From contig OZ245040.1 in NCBI GenBank assembly GCA_965224195.1, forward strand, positions 384,001-448,000: DNA of 64,000 nt, given 5' to 3'. Below the pieces are notes generated by a model. It searched no databases, was not told the DNA's origin, and saw only the letters and a list, made by a program, of their open reading frames with translations. Positions 1 to 9,874 of the stretch are shown here, in pieces. The DNA comes from Nitrosopumilus sp. (GTDB taxonomy: Archaea; Thermoproteota; Nitrososphaeria; Nitrososphaerales; Nitrosopumilaceae). Made by a program: the position numbers and the translations under genes. Each line of letters begins with the position of its first letter. Position 1 is the stretch's first letter.

Positions 1-1
1 G

Positions 2-268
2 CGTGTTAGACTTTTTGTAACTGGAAAGGTACAAGGTGTTTTTTTCCGACAAACATTAAAAGTAATGGCAAAGAAAAATGATGTTTTTGGTTGGGTAAAA
101 AACCTCAAAGATGGTAGAGTCGAAGCTGTTTTAGAAGGTGAAGGAGAAAAAATTGATAGATTAATTGAATGGGCTCATGGCGGTCCTGCCAATGCAAGAG
201 TTGAGGATGTAGAGATACGTAATGAAAAATTCACTGAAGAATTTTCAAAATTTGATGTATTGTACTAG
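2..268 (+). CDS. acyP: Acylphosphatase (5' partial)
   Basis: Frame open from base 2: RVRLFVTGKVQGVFFRQ...GWVKNLKDGRVEAVLEG, matching the acylphosphatase signatures. Confidence 0.93.
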   Translation, partial: RVRLFVTGKVQGVFFRQTLKVMAKKNDVFGWVKNLKDGRVEAVLEGEGEKIDRLIEWAHGGPANARVEDVEIRNEKFTEEFSKFDVLY

Positions 269-597
269 CGAATTTCTTCAAATGCGTTTTTAATGGTTTG
301 AGTAACTTCTGAAATTTCTTGGTCTATTTTTACTTGAATAATTTGAATTGGGTCTTTTCTGCTTTTCTGAATTTTTATAATAACTCCTTCTCTTTCTGGT
401 TCAATATCTACAAACCATCTGAATGTCATTGATTTACAAAAAACTACTCTATGCATTCGTATGTCTTCAATCACTTTATCCCCTAAAGAGAAACAAAACT
501 CTCTAATTGAATCAAATAATGGTAATACTGAAGTTGGAATTTGTTTCTTAAAGTCTTCATAATTTCTTTTAGTTCCAAATGAGATAATTCCTTCCAT
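265..597 (-). CDS. Hypothetical protein (DUF5655-like)
   Basis: 110-aa ORF; weak resemblance only. Confidence 0.6.
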   Translation of the reverse strand: MEGIISFGTKRNYEDFKKQIPTSVLPLFDSIREFCFSLGDKVIEDIRMHRVVFCKSMTFRWFVDIEPEREGVIIKIQKSRKDPIQIIQVKIDQEISEVTQTIKNAFEEIR

Positions 598-626
598 GAA
601 ATTGCAATTTTTGTTTTAATTATAAA

Positions 627-942
627 GGTAGTAGATCTGTTGGCTCCAGTCTAGACGAATAGCCCCATTTCAAGGCGTACAAGATCCGCCACGTTGACGA
701 GGAAGCGTGGATGCTCCACCTTAGGATTGCTCCCTCCCGGACCTCATCCCTTTCGATGGTTCGGTCTTAGAAGTTATCCCTTCGGATATTTCTAGTCCTG
801 CAACCACCCGCCTCGGCGTGATTTCATTTCCGCACACCAAGCGGGAATTACCCATCTAGAGATTTACCCAACAGTTGCTGATCTCTGCATATAGCCGGTT
901 TCAGAATAGGGCACGGCTGGCACCCTGATCCTACCTACTACC
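627..942 (-). ncRNA. ffs: Archaeal SRP (7S) RNA
   Basis: GC-rich 316 nt; termini GGUAGUAG/CUACUACC pair; helix-8 SRP54-binding motif AGGUCCGGGAGGGAGCAAUCCU on the minus strand. Confidence 0.92.
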
Positions 943-973
943 AATTTTCCTAAGAAAGTATGTTATATTTGCA

Positions 974-1888
974 TTAGGTTTGATTTTCTTTTAGTTTTAA
1001 AACTACACTACATACTGAGCATACCTTTCCTGTACAATCGTTTTCACATTTTTCACATTTTGTTTTTTCTTTAGAACTAGAATTTTTGACTGCTGTTGAA
1101 ACTTTGAGAATAGATTGATACAAATTATTTTTAACTCCGCTATGTTGATTTTCTAATGAATTTAAAAATTCACGAATTTCTGTTCGTATTCCCTCATTCA
1201 TGTGTGGACATGGTTCAGATTGAAATGGTATGTCATTTGTAAATGCATAAAAGACTATTTCAGACTCATAAATTTCACAAAAGGGTTTTATTTTTCTTAA
1301 ATCATTTGCAGATGTGTCAGGATCCATCCATCCAATCTTAGTTGTATCTCCAGAAATCATATTTATGACAAATGTTTGTAATGTGTCATCAAGATTGTGA
1401 CCTGTTGCAATGACATCTGCACCAATATCTTTTGCTGCATAGTCTATTGCACGTCTTCTTAGAGTTCCACAGATTGAACATGATGATGTTTTTTCATTAT
1501 CTCGTAAATCAAGTGCTTCATCTAATGTTAATTCAAAAAGATCTTTGTATGCGTAAACTTTGTGTTCTACATTTAGTTCTGTACAGAATTTTTCGACAAT
1601 CTCTAATGCTTCATTTCTATATCCTGGAATTCCTTCATCAATGGTAACTGCTTTTATTTTAAAACTATGAGTTAATGCCATTTCATTAATAATTTTTAAT
1701 AATGCTAGAGAATCTTTCCCTCCAGATACTGCAACAGCTACCAAATCATCGTGTTTGATCATATTGTATTTTGAAATGGTTTTTGCAGTTTTTCTAACAA
1801 TTGACTTTGAGAAGCATTGTGAACAAAGTTTTTCTCCAGAATATTTTCTTGTATATGCTGCAGGATTTTCACATCTGTCGCAACTCAT
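974..1888 (-). CDS. tRNA 2-thiolation protein, TtuA/Ncs6 (TIGR00269) family
   Basis: PP-loop SGGKDS, CSICG, TGHNLDD, N- and C-terminal CxxC zinc fingers. Confidence 0.88.
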   Translation of the reverse strand: MSCDRCENPAAYTRKYSGEKLCSQCFSKSIVRKTAKTISKYNMIKHDDLVAVAVSGGKDSLALLKIINEMALTHSFKIKAVTIDEGIPGYRNEALEIVEKFCTELNVEHKVYAYKDLFELTLDEALDLRDNEKTSSCSICGTLRRRAIDYAAKDIGADVIATGHNLDDTLQTFVINMISGDTTKIGWMDPDTSANDLRKIKPFCEIYESEIVFYAFTNDIPFQSEPCPHMNEGIRTEIREFLNSLENQHSGVKNNLYQSILKVSTAVKNSSSKEKTKCEKCENDCTGKVCSVCSVVLKLKENQT

Positions 1889-1931
1889 GAAATCAACTGG
1901 TTTTTTTCATTAATGATTCTTTAGGTATTTT

Positions 1932-3152
1932 TTAGATTGTAAACCATCCAGATTTCCAATATGACAAGGCAATGTTGAGGCCAAATAATGCAAAGGTGAA
2001 TGCGTATATTCCCCACATTACAATGTTGACTGATTTATCTGAAAATCTTTTATCAATAATTGTATGAATGAATTTCCCTCCATCTAAAATTGGTAAAGGA
2101 AGCATATTGATAATTCCAATGAAAAATGAAATCATCCAAAGCCACAACAAGAACATTGAAATGTTAAAATCAACATTCGTCCAATCAATAAAATTCACTA
2201 CAGGTTTGTATGGAATAGCATTATCTCTCATAATTCCTATTAACCCTCTTTCAGGATCATCTGGTGATGCCATCACTTCTAATGTTTTTTCCAATACTTG
2301 TCCATCTCTAATTACAGAAATACTAGCTATTTCTCCTGGATTTAAGCTGGGGAAATCAGCCCAACCACGAATCGGTATATCGTTAATTCTAGTGATAACA
2401 TCATTTGCAAGCAATCCTGCTTGTTCAGCTCCTGAGTTTTCTATAGTTGAAAGTATCAAAACTCCTGATGATACTTCGTAAAATGTGTTTAAGATTGGTT
2501 CACCGAATAATGGAATGCTTTCTAAAACCATTCCAAAAACTGGATTTGTCAATAAAATTGTCCCTAAAACAATTGCAAATAATACATTTGATGTAGCACC
2601 TGCTCCAATCACTCTTAATTTTGAAATCTTTTTAGCTTTATCAAATTCTTCCTCATCTGGTTCTACAAATCCTGCAAACAATGCAATGAATACTGCAAAT
2701 CCACCCGTTTTGATTTTAATTTTTTCTAATGCGGCAACTATACCATGTGCTCCTTCATGCATAACTAGTACGATTGGAATTGAAAGTAGAAAATATGCAA
2801 TAGCTGGTGCTGAAGTTAATGTAACTCCTGGAATTAAGACCGTTAATTGTGAAAATGCCTCTTCTTCTACAAAAAAGTTTGAAACATTATTTATTAAAAA
2901 GTAAAATGCAAATCCCATCATAATAAAACCTGCAATTACACTTACATCTGCAAAAACTCTGATGCCTCTTTTTGTTCGTCCAAGTAATTTGATTAATACA
3001 TCATTGACATCTTTATTCTTGTATACAAGACTATACGCCTTTAATTCAAAACCGTATTTTTCTAATTTGAGAGCTTTTGCAATTACTATAATGACTACCC
3101 AAGCCATTAAGACATAGATTATTGCATTCTGAGTAATAAAATCAAGTTCCAA
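1932..3152 (-). CDS. Site-2 protease (M50) with PDZ domain
   Basis: HEGAH and NMLPLPILDGG motifs, multiple TM segments, PDZ insert. Confidence 0.92.
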   Translation of the reverse strand: MELDFITQNAIIYVLMAWVVIIVIAKALKLEKYGFELKAYSLVYKNKDVNDVLIKLLGRTKRGIRVFADVSVIAGFIMMGFAFYFLINNVSNFFVEEEAFSQLTVLIPGVTLTSAPAIAYFLLSIPIVLVMHEGAHGIVAALEKIKIKTGGFAVFIALFAGFVEPDEEEFDKAKKISKLRVIGAGATSNVLFAIVLGTILLTNPVFGMVLESIPLFGEPILNTFYEVSSGVLILSTIENSGAEQAGLLANDVITRINDIPIRGWADFPSLNPGEIASISVIRDGQVLEKTLEVMASPDDPERGLIGIMRDNAIPYKPVVNFIDWTNVDFNISMFLLWLWMISFFIGIINMLPLPILDGGKFIHTIIDKRFSDKSVNIVMWGIYAFTFALFGLNIALSYWKSGWFTI

Positions 3153-3195
3153 ACTAATTGTTAATTTTTTAAGGTACAGCCATTTATCGTTTACT

Positions 3196-3507
3196 ATGAA
3201 ACCAGTAATAATTATCTCTACATATCCTGATAAAAAATCAATCTCTAAAATTTCAAAAGAACTTGTAAAAAATAAGACAGTTGCATGCGTAAATATTTCT
3301 AAAATTTCATCAATTTACTCTTGGAAAGGTAAAGTGGAAAATTCATCAGAATATCTTGCTATATTCAAAACAATTTCAAAAAATAAGACTATACTAAAAA
3401 GGAAAATCAAGGAAACTCATCCATATGATGTTCCAGAAATAGCGGAAATCGATGTATCATCAATTAACAAATCTTATCTAAAATGGTTAACTGAATCTAC
3501 TTCCTAA
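3196..3507 (+). CDS. cutA: Divalent-cation tolerance protein CutA
   Basis: ACVNI, SIYSWKG and HPYDVPEI motifs. Confidence 0.93.
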   Translation: MKPVIIISTYPDKKSISKISKELVKNKTVACVNISKISSIYSWKGKVENSSEYLAIFKTISKNKTILKRKIKETHPYDVPEIAEIDVSSINKSYLKWLTESTS

Positions 3508-4556
3508 GATTCAATTGAATATCTTAGTAGAGAAACAATTCCACCTAAACCTGTAACTCTAAGACCAATATCTGTTGAAGAATCAACACTGTAAATTTTT
3601 ACTCCCTTGTTTTCTGCATCATTTAGAAAATTCATCATTTCTTGTTCATCATTGTCTTGCATTGCCTTATCAGAAAATACTAACGATTCAACTGCACCCA
3701 TTTGATTTGCATTAAAAGTTTCATTATACCCCATAGTAAATTTTTTACTTTTTTTGTTTGCCAAAATCATAACTTCATCAATTATTGATGAAGCTTTGGC
3801 TAATTTACTATCTGACATTATTTCTTGCATTGATTGTGATTTTGTAAATGTGTAGATCCCATCTTCTCCACCTGAATCAATTCCATCAACAACTTGAATT
3901 TTGAATTTTTGAAGTTTTTGAGATTTTTCTATGAAATTTGCAAATCTCTTCTTTGTTTCACCTGGGCCAAAAATCACTATCGTATCTCCTTCTTTGAAGA
4001 TGGATGATAGTGCTAACTGGACCTGCTCAAAGAATTTTTCAATATTGAAACTAGTCTTGTATCTTTTTCCACCAGATCCTGAATAGATATTTGGCATAAA
4101 TTCCAAATGTGTACCTCTTAATCTAGCAATACCGCTATCACTAGTGTCAATTGCTACTAAAACAAAACTAATTTGATCATTACTTGATTCCAAAAGTTTT
4201 TTTTCCATTGGCAACCATTTTTTCTTTGAAATTGTAATCCCATCATTTAGTTTTAGAATAAATGAATGATGTGAACCATGTGGTACTGATTCATTACTTG
4301 ATTCAGAAATTGTACCACCTACTCTTAATTTATCTAAGACATCATCAAGTGAAATTTTTTCTACTGTTAATGCTATTCTAATTTTAATTCTCTCACCCTT
4401 ATCTGGCCTTGCATAATCTTTATCTTGCTTTAGAACTCTTGTTGTATCTCCAATCACTTTATCATTTTCCTTGATAATACGACGTAGATTCAAAAGATCT
4501 TCAGAGTCTTCTGGTATGACTGATATTGAATTTTCATCTATTGTCTTTGTAATCAT
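3504..4556 (-). CDS. pelA: mRNA surveillance protein pelota
   Basis: PEDSEDL..L, eRF1-like domains, C-terminal GLGGIVSLLRY. Confidence 0.9.
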   Translation of the reverse strand: MITKTIDENSISVIPEDSEDLLNLRRIIKENDKVIGDTTRVLKQDKDYARPDKGERIKIRIALTVEKISLDDVLDKLRVGGTISESSNESVPHGSHHSFILKLNDGITISKKKWLPMEKKLLESSNDQISFVLVAIDTSDSGIARLRGTHLEFMPNIYSGSGGKRYKTSFNIEKFFEQVQLALSSIFKEGDTIVIFGPGETKKRFANFIEKSQKLQKFKIQVVDGIDSGGEDGIYTFTKSQSMQEIMSDSKLAKASSIIDEVMILANKKSKKFTMGYNETFNANQMGAVESLVFSDKAMQDNDEQEMMNFLNDAENKGVKIYSVDSSTDIGLRVTGLGGIVSLLRYSIES

Positions 4557-4588
4557 GATATTATCCTAATTTACAAAAAGAAAATAGT

Positions 4589-5005
4589 TTAACTTGTGCT
4601 TTCTTCTGTTTTTGCTTCTTCTGATTTCTTTTTTAGATAATTTTCAACCCACTCTAAAGTGAGAACACCTGATTCAGATAAATTTGTTAAAGAATTTGCA
4701 GAAGCTTCTCCTGATACTTTACCGTTGTTTCTTTTTAATTGTCTCCATTTTAGAAATGTATTGCCACTTTTTGAATTATAGATTATTCCTAAAACATCTT
4801 TTCCATTAACAAAAGTAACATCTCTAATTTTTTTCAAAGTAACTTTATCAGCTGCTTCGACATAAATTGCACCAAGATTATCTTCTCTTTCAGCAAAAAC
4901 CTCAATATCTTCCAAATAAGCTCTTGGTGCATAAGACATGCATGTACTAGAAATGACAAATCGTCTAAAACTTTCCAATGATGCTGGAGTATCTATTGCA
5001 ACCAT
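4589..5005 (-). CDS. Conserved hypothetical protein
   Basis: 138-aa ORF with normal composition; no recognised motif. Confidence 0.7.
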   Translation of the reverse strand: MVAIDTPASLESFRRFVISSTCMSYAPRAYLEDIEVFAEREDNLGAIYVEAADKVTLKKIRDVTFVNGKDVLGIIYNSKSGNTFLKWRQLKRNNGKVSGEASANSLTNLSESGVLTLEWVENYLKKKSEEAKTEESTS

Positions 5006-5080
5006 TTGGAATGATTGAACTATTGGCCATTTATCAAGCTTCTTGAAAGACTCAATAGGTAACTATTTGAAATATGCCAT

Positions 5081-5140
5081 GCGGGCAGTGATGTACCTAT
5101 CCCTTTGATTGATGATGAGGATCTTGAGTTCTGAGCCTGC
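5081..5140 (+). ncRNA. Box C/D guide sRNA
   Basis: Terminal stem GCGGGC/GCCUGC; C box GUGAUGU 5088-5094; D' UUGA 5105-5108; C' AUGAUGA 5112-5118; D CUGA 5131-5134; 10- and 12-nt guides. Confidence 0.85.
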
Positions 5141-5175
5141 TTAGGATTTTAATTAATGCTAATCATTGAAAAATC

Positions 5176-5595
5176 ATGAAATCTTTTACTGAATATCTAA
5201 CATTTAAAGTAAAAACTAGACGAGCCTTTGTCAATATTACTAATGATGTGAGTAAACTGGTAACAAAAAGTAAAGTTCAGGAAGGTCTTTGTCTTGTAAA
5301 CGCAATGCACATCACAGCAAGTGTTTTCATTAATGATAATGAAGATGGATTGTTACATGATTATGAAAAATGGTTAGAGAGATTGGCTCCACATGCACCA
5401 ACTGCACAATATGATCATAACAATACAGGTGAGGACAATGCTGATGCTCATTTAAAACGACAAGTGATGGGAAGAGAAGTTGTAGTTGCAATAACTAATG
5501 GCAAATTAGATTTTGGACCATGGGAAGAAATCTTCTATGGTGAATTTGATGGTAAAAGATCAAAAAGAGTTTTAGTTAAAATTATTGGCGAATAA
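5176..5595 (+). CDS. YjbQ/UPF0047 family protein
   Basis: [17 protein letters not shown] and LDFGPWE.I...EFDG motifs. Confidence 0.9.
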   Translation: MKSFTEYLTFKVKTRRAFVNITNDVSKLVTKSKVQEGLCLVNAMHITASVFINDNEDGLLHDYEKWLERLAPHAPTAQYDHNNTGEDNADAHLKRQVMGREVVVAITNGKLDFGPWEEIFYGEFDGKRSKRVLVKIIGE

Positions 5596-5760
5596 TTATC
5601 CAAAGTCTGCATCACGTTTTTGACTTTGTGATTCATTCTTTCTTGCAGCATCTCTGAATTCATCATTATGATTTTGAGGTCCATGTCCACATTTTACACA
5701 TGCAATTTTGAATCCGTCATCATTTTTTTCACAAGTTTCGCAACCACAAAAACATGCCAT
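5596..5760 (-). CDS. Small Cys/His-rich putative metal-binding protein (54 aa, not in ORF track)
   Basis: Hand translation MACFCGCETCEKNDDGFKIACVKCGHGPQNHNDEFRDAARKNESQSQKRDADFG; fills the gap between yjbQ and the DtxR gene. Confidence 0.75.
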   Translation of the reverse strand: MACFCGCETCEKNDDGFKIACVKCGHGPQNHNDEFRDAARKNESQSQKRDADFG

Positions 5761-5803
5761 GATTAAATATAATTTTTAAGATGATATATCTTTTGGGTTG
5801 AGA

Positions 5804-6253
5804 TTATGCTGACTTGCAACATTCGCCCATTGGAATTTCATGATCATGTGGACATTTCCTTGGATGCTTTAACATTGTACAAAGAGCATCTGTAAATTGC
5901 TTGTTCATGTGATGCTCAATTCCACAAACCATTTCCTCATCAATTTCTACTTTGAGTGCACTATCCATGAGTACCTCTAGTAATCTACTGTTTCTCATCA
6001 TACTGGAACCAATCCTTTCCCCATCTTCTGTAAGTCTTACACCTGCTTTATTGTAATTTACAAGATTTTTCAAATTTAATTTCTTGAGCATTTGAACAAC
6101 ACTTGGTTGTCTTACATGGAGTATTTTTGCAATTGTACTAATTTTTACATCTTCTCCTCTTTCTTTGATGTGCCAAATTGCTTTAAGATACATCTCTACA
6201 TGTTCTGCTTCTGCAGTACCTACAAAGAGTGTCTCTTCATCTAAGGCATCCAT
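5804..6253 (-). CDS. DtxR/MntR family metal-dependent regulator
   Basis: EMYLKAI, wHTH, RLLE, CGIEH and CPH motifs. Confidence 0.9.
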   Translation of the reverse strand: MDALDEETLFVGTAEAEHVEMYLKAIWHIKERGEDVKISTIAKILHVRQPSVVQMLKKLNLKNLVNYNKAGVRLTEDGERIGSSMMRNSRLLEVLMDSALKVEIDEEMVCGIEHHMNKQFTDALCTMLKHPRKCPHDHEIPMGECCKSA

Positions 6254-6255
6254 AT

Positions 6256-7023
6256 CTACACCTTCTTTGAATCTTTTAATAAATATTCAAAATATTGACG
6301 TGCAAAACCTGCCAATCCTGCATGATCTGCCCAAATAGCAACAACTTCTGAAGAATTCACTCCTCCTAATTCTGGTCCTAAGAGAATTACTACATACCTT
6401 TTATCTGAAATTATACCTCCTCCAAACAATCCTCTCTTGATTGTTACTTTGGCAACTCTTTTGATTGCCCTGATTGATTCCTTATCCATTTTATCTGATG
6501 CGAGAATCGTAATATCTACTCCTTTGTCGTGAAGTGATCTTAATTTTGGTAATGCTTGCTTTACTAGTTCTACTCCTGCTTCAGGTAATGCAATCATTAC
6601 TTCATTTCTACATGTATCTACCATTTCCAAAATTTTAGCTGCAATATTTACTGCACCAGATAAAACCCAAATATCTGGTCTTTCACTAGTACCACTTTTC
6701 TCGTATAATGGAACTAGTTCATTTAGAATTATGTTTTGATTCTGTGAAAAATCATTTTCCATCTTTTGTTTTGTAGTTTCTAGTCCTGTTGATGGAGACT
6801 TTGCAAAATATTTTGTTGGTCTTGCATCATCTGAACCAATCCATCCTTTCTCTTCCAAAGTTCCCAATACTTCGTAAATTTTTGAATATGGAACTCCTGA
6901 TTTTTGACTAAGATCTGATGCTGTTAATTCTCCCGACTTTAGTAAAGCTGAAAATGTTCTAATTTCATAACTGGTAAGGCCTATTTTCTCTAATGACTTT
7001 CGTGTTTTATCAGATATGCTCAT
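6256..7023 (-). CDS. TrmB family transcriptional regulator
   Basis: GLTSYE...SGVPYSKIYEVL..LEEKG N-terminal wHTH plus effector domain. Confidence 0.9.
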   Translation of the reverse strand: MSISDKTRKSLEKIGLTSYEIRTFSALLKSGELTASDLSQKSGVPYSKIYEVLGTLEEKGWIGSDDARPTKYFAKSPSTGLETTKQKMENDFSQNQNIILNELVPLYEKSGTSERPDIWVLSGAVNIAAKILEMVDTCRNEVMIALPEAGVELVKQALPKLRSLHDKGVDITILASDKMDKESIRAIKRVAKVTIKRGLFGGGIISDKRYVVILLGPELGGVNSSEVVAIWADHAGLAGFARQYFEYLLKDSKKV

Positions 7024-7141
7024 ATGCGATCTTGTCGATCAGTTTTGCTATTTAAATCAGGTATGCCTACCTCCTAAACTCCCCACGGGGGCAAGTAGGA
7101 AATGGATTATATACCATCTCAGAAAAATCAACAATACAGGC

Positions 7142-8806
7142 ATGGCACTAATTCAGATATCCAATCAATCAACTAAAAATTTAGGCAAGAAATCTACAAT
7201 TAGATTCACTCAAAGTATTTGTCCAGACTGTAACATGATTCTGGATGCTGAAGTCTTTGAGCGCGATAATCAAGTTTTCATGTCAAAAGTTTGTCCAACT
7301 CACGGTGAATGTGAGGAATTATACTTTGGTTCTTATGAAATGTACAAAAAATTCAGTACATACTGGATGGATGGCAAAGGTGCTCATTCTCCAAACGTAA
7401 TGATTGACAAATGTTCATGTCCAAATAACTGTGGATTATGTTCAAACCACCTATCTCATAGTGGATTAGCAAACATGATTGTAACTAACAGATGTGATTT
7501 AACGTGCTGGTACTGTTTCTTTTATGTAAAGAAGGGACTTGAAGGCGCTTACATGTATGAGCCAGACCATACCCAAATTAGAGGCATGATGAAGACTCTA
7601 AGAGCTGAGAGACCAATTCCAGGAAACTCTATGCAAATTACTGGTGGTGAACCAATGCTAAGAGAAGATATTGCCGATGTTATCAAAATTATGAAAGAAG
7701 AAGGTGTTGACCATATTCAAATGAATACTAATGGTATTAGACATGCAATGGATCCAGAAGCTGCAAGAGAAGTAAGACTTGCTGGATGTAACAACTTGTA
7801 TCTATCTTTTGATGGTGTAACTGCAAGAACAAACCCAAAGAACCACTGGGAAATCCCATATGCCCTTGACAGTTGCAGAAAAACAGGAACTACTGTAGTG
7901 TTTGTTCCAACAGTAATCAAATCAATTAACGACCACGAACTAGGTGGAATTATTAGATATGCACAAAAGAACATGGATATAGTTCATGCAGTAAACTTTC
8001 AACCAGTATCATTAACTGGAAGAATGGGAAAAACTGAACGTGAAAAGTATAGAATCACAGTTCCTGATTGTGTGCAAAGAATTGAAGAACAAACAAACGG
8101 TGAAGTAACTGTTGATGATTGGTTCCCAGTACCAAGTTGCATGCCGCTAACAAATGTAATTGAAGCATTTTCAAGTAAACCAAAGTATGAACTATCAATC
8201 CACTTTGCTTGTGGTGCAGGAACATACATCTTTGAAGATGCAGATACAAAGAAGTTTGTCCCATTAACAAAATTCTGTGACATTCAAGGAATGTTAGAAT
8301 TATTTGAAGATAAAGCAGAGGAAATTCGTTCTGGTAAAAACAAGTATTTTACAATGCTTGAAGTTGTTAGAAAACTCAAAGGCTTTGTTGATTCAAAGAA
8401 GCAACCAGCAGGATTAGATTTAGCTAAAATGTTTGGTAACATCCTAATGAAGAGATCATTTGATTCAGTTGGTTCATGGCACGTCAAAGGATTATTCCTT
8501 GGTATGATGCACTTTCAAGACAAATACAATGAAGATCTTGAAAGATTACAAAGATGTGACATTCACTATGTAACTCCAGACCTCAGAATAGTTCCATTTT
8601 GTGCATTTAATGTAATTCCAGAATGGTATAGAGACAGAATACAAAAGAAATATTCTATCACTGTAGAGGAATGGGAAGAAAGAGAAGGCGTCAAATTAGA
8701 AGATGGTCTTTACAGAGGACTCATGAGACGTGGAGCCGGTGATGAACTTGCTGCTGGCTGTGCAAAGAGTGAAATGTTCCATGCTGCAGAACAAGCAACA
8801 ACGTAA
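7142..8806 (+). CDS. tes: Tetraether lipid synthase (radical SAM, GDGT macrocyclisation)
   Basis: N-terminal CPDC..CPTHG, CPNNCGLC, CxxxCxxC (CDLTCWYC), C-terminal RCDIHY..IVPFCAFN; likely start ATG 7142 after TTATATA. Confidence 0.88.
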   Translation: MALIQISNQSTKNLGKKSTIRFTQSICPDCNMILDAEVFERDNQVFMSKVCPTHGECEELYFGSYEMYKKFSTYWMDGKGAHSPNVMIDKCSCPNNCGLCSNHLSHSGLANMIVTNRCDLTCWYCFFYVKKGLEGAYMYEPDHTQIRGMMKTLRAERPIPGNSMQITGGEPMLREDIADVIKIMKEEGVDHIQMNTNGIRHAMDPEAAREVRLAGCNNLYLSFDGVTARTNPKNHWEIPYALDSCRKTGTTVVFVPTVIKSINDHELGGIIRYAQKNMDIVHAVNFQPVSLTGRMGKTEREKYRITVPDCVQRIEEQTNGEVTVDDWFPVPSCMPLTNVIEAFSSKPKYELSIHFACGAGTYIFEDADTKKFVPLTKFCDIQGMLELFEDKAEEIRSGKNKYFTMLEVVRKLKGFVDSKKQPAGLDLAKMFGNILMKRSFDSVGSWHVKGLFLGMMHFQDKYNEDLERLQRCDIHYVTPDLRIVPFCAFNVIPEWYRDRIQKKYSITVEEWEEREGVKLEDGLYRGLMRRGAGDELAAGCAKSEMFHAAEQATT

Positions 8807-8856
8807 TAGGATATTTTAATACAATACCTTAAAAACTACACAACCAATTTTTATTT

Positions 8857-9870
8857 GTGAAAATTTTACTTATTTCACCAACACAGTCTGGGATAGGGGG
8901 AATTGCTCAACATGTGCAGGGATTGGCAAATTTTTTAAAAAATAATGGACATGAAGTAGAAATTATTTCTTCAGAAAATACATTCACAATTCCAATTAAA
9001 GGATTAAAAAATCTGAGTTTCATGATTTCATCTTTAATCAAATCAAAATTTAAAAAAAATTTTGATATCGTTCATGCACATAACGTTCCTTCAGCATTAG
9101 CCATGAAGAATATATCTGGAAAAAAAATTCTTACAATTCATGGAATGTTTGCACAACAAGTAGAACAACTTCATGGTAAAACAACTGGTAGCATTTCAAA
9201 AAAATTTGAAGCAGATGCATTATCCTGGGCAGACGTGATTACTGTAATATCTAAAGAAGCTCTTGAACACTATTCTAAGTTTGGTTATAATACAATTCAA
9301 ATTCCAAACGGTATAGATCCTTCTTCTTTTAATTTATGTGAAGATAGGAGATATAAAAAACAAATTATATTTGCAGGACGACTATCGAAAGAAAAAGGAA
9401 CTGATACTTTAATTGATATTTGTAAAAAATTACCTGATGATATACACATGATTATTGTTGGTGAAGGCCCTGAAAAATATTCTATTGAAAAAATTTCTTC
9501 TAAGAAAAATAATATTATTGTTTTAGGTTCTCAAAAGCATAAAAAAACTATTTCTTTAATCAAAGGATCTGATATACTATTACAACCATCTTTATTTGAA
9601 GGAATAAGTACAACCATTTTAGAAGCAATGGCTTGTAAGACATTAGTACTTACAACTAACGTTGGTGGTAATACTGAAATTATAAAAAATAATGAAACAG
9701 GAATTTTGGTTCCTGTTAACTCCTCTGAAAAATTCCTTACTGCTATATCATCAGTTTTTTCGAATACTTTTAATGATATAAAAATTACTCACAATGCTTA
9801 TGAATTTATAAAAAATTTTGATTGGGAAATTATTGGTAAGAAGTATTTAGAATTATACAAATCATTATGA
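8857..9870 (+). CDS. GT4 glycosyltransferase
   Basis: GGIAQHV, GRLSKEKG and EGISTTILEAMA (Ex7E) motifs. Confidence 0.9.
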   Translation: MKILLISPTQSGIGGIAQHVQGLANFLKNNGHEVEIISSENTFTIPIKGLKNLSFMISSLIKSKFKKNFDIVHAHNVPSALAMKNISGKKILTIHGMFAQQVEQLHGKTTGSISKKFEADALSWADVITVISKEALEHYSKFGYNTIQIPNGIDPSSFNLCEDRRYKKQIIFAGRLSKEKGTDTLIDICKKLPDDIHMIIVGEGPEKYSIEKISSKKNNIIVLGSQKHKKTISLIKGSDILLQPSLFEGISTTILEAMACKTLVLTTNVGGNTEIIKNNETGILVPVNSSEKFLTAISSVFSNTFNDIKITHNAYEFIKNFDWEIIGKKYLELYKSL

Positions 9871-9874
9871 ACAT

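Noticed and set aside
1432-2904. Plus-strand ORFs 1432-1647, 2068-2481 and 2485-2904, and similar antisense ORFs throughout the track
   Set aside because: They lie wholly opposite or inside well-supported genes and have no motifs; they are shadow ORFs
7016-7141. 42-aa N-terminal extension of tes in the ORF track
   Set aside because: Overlaps the trmB start and the promoter region; ATG 7142 follows a TATA box at normal spacing
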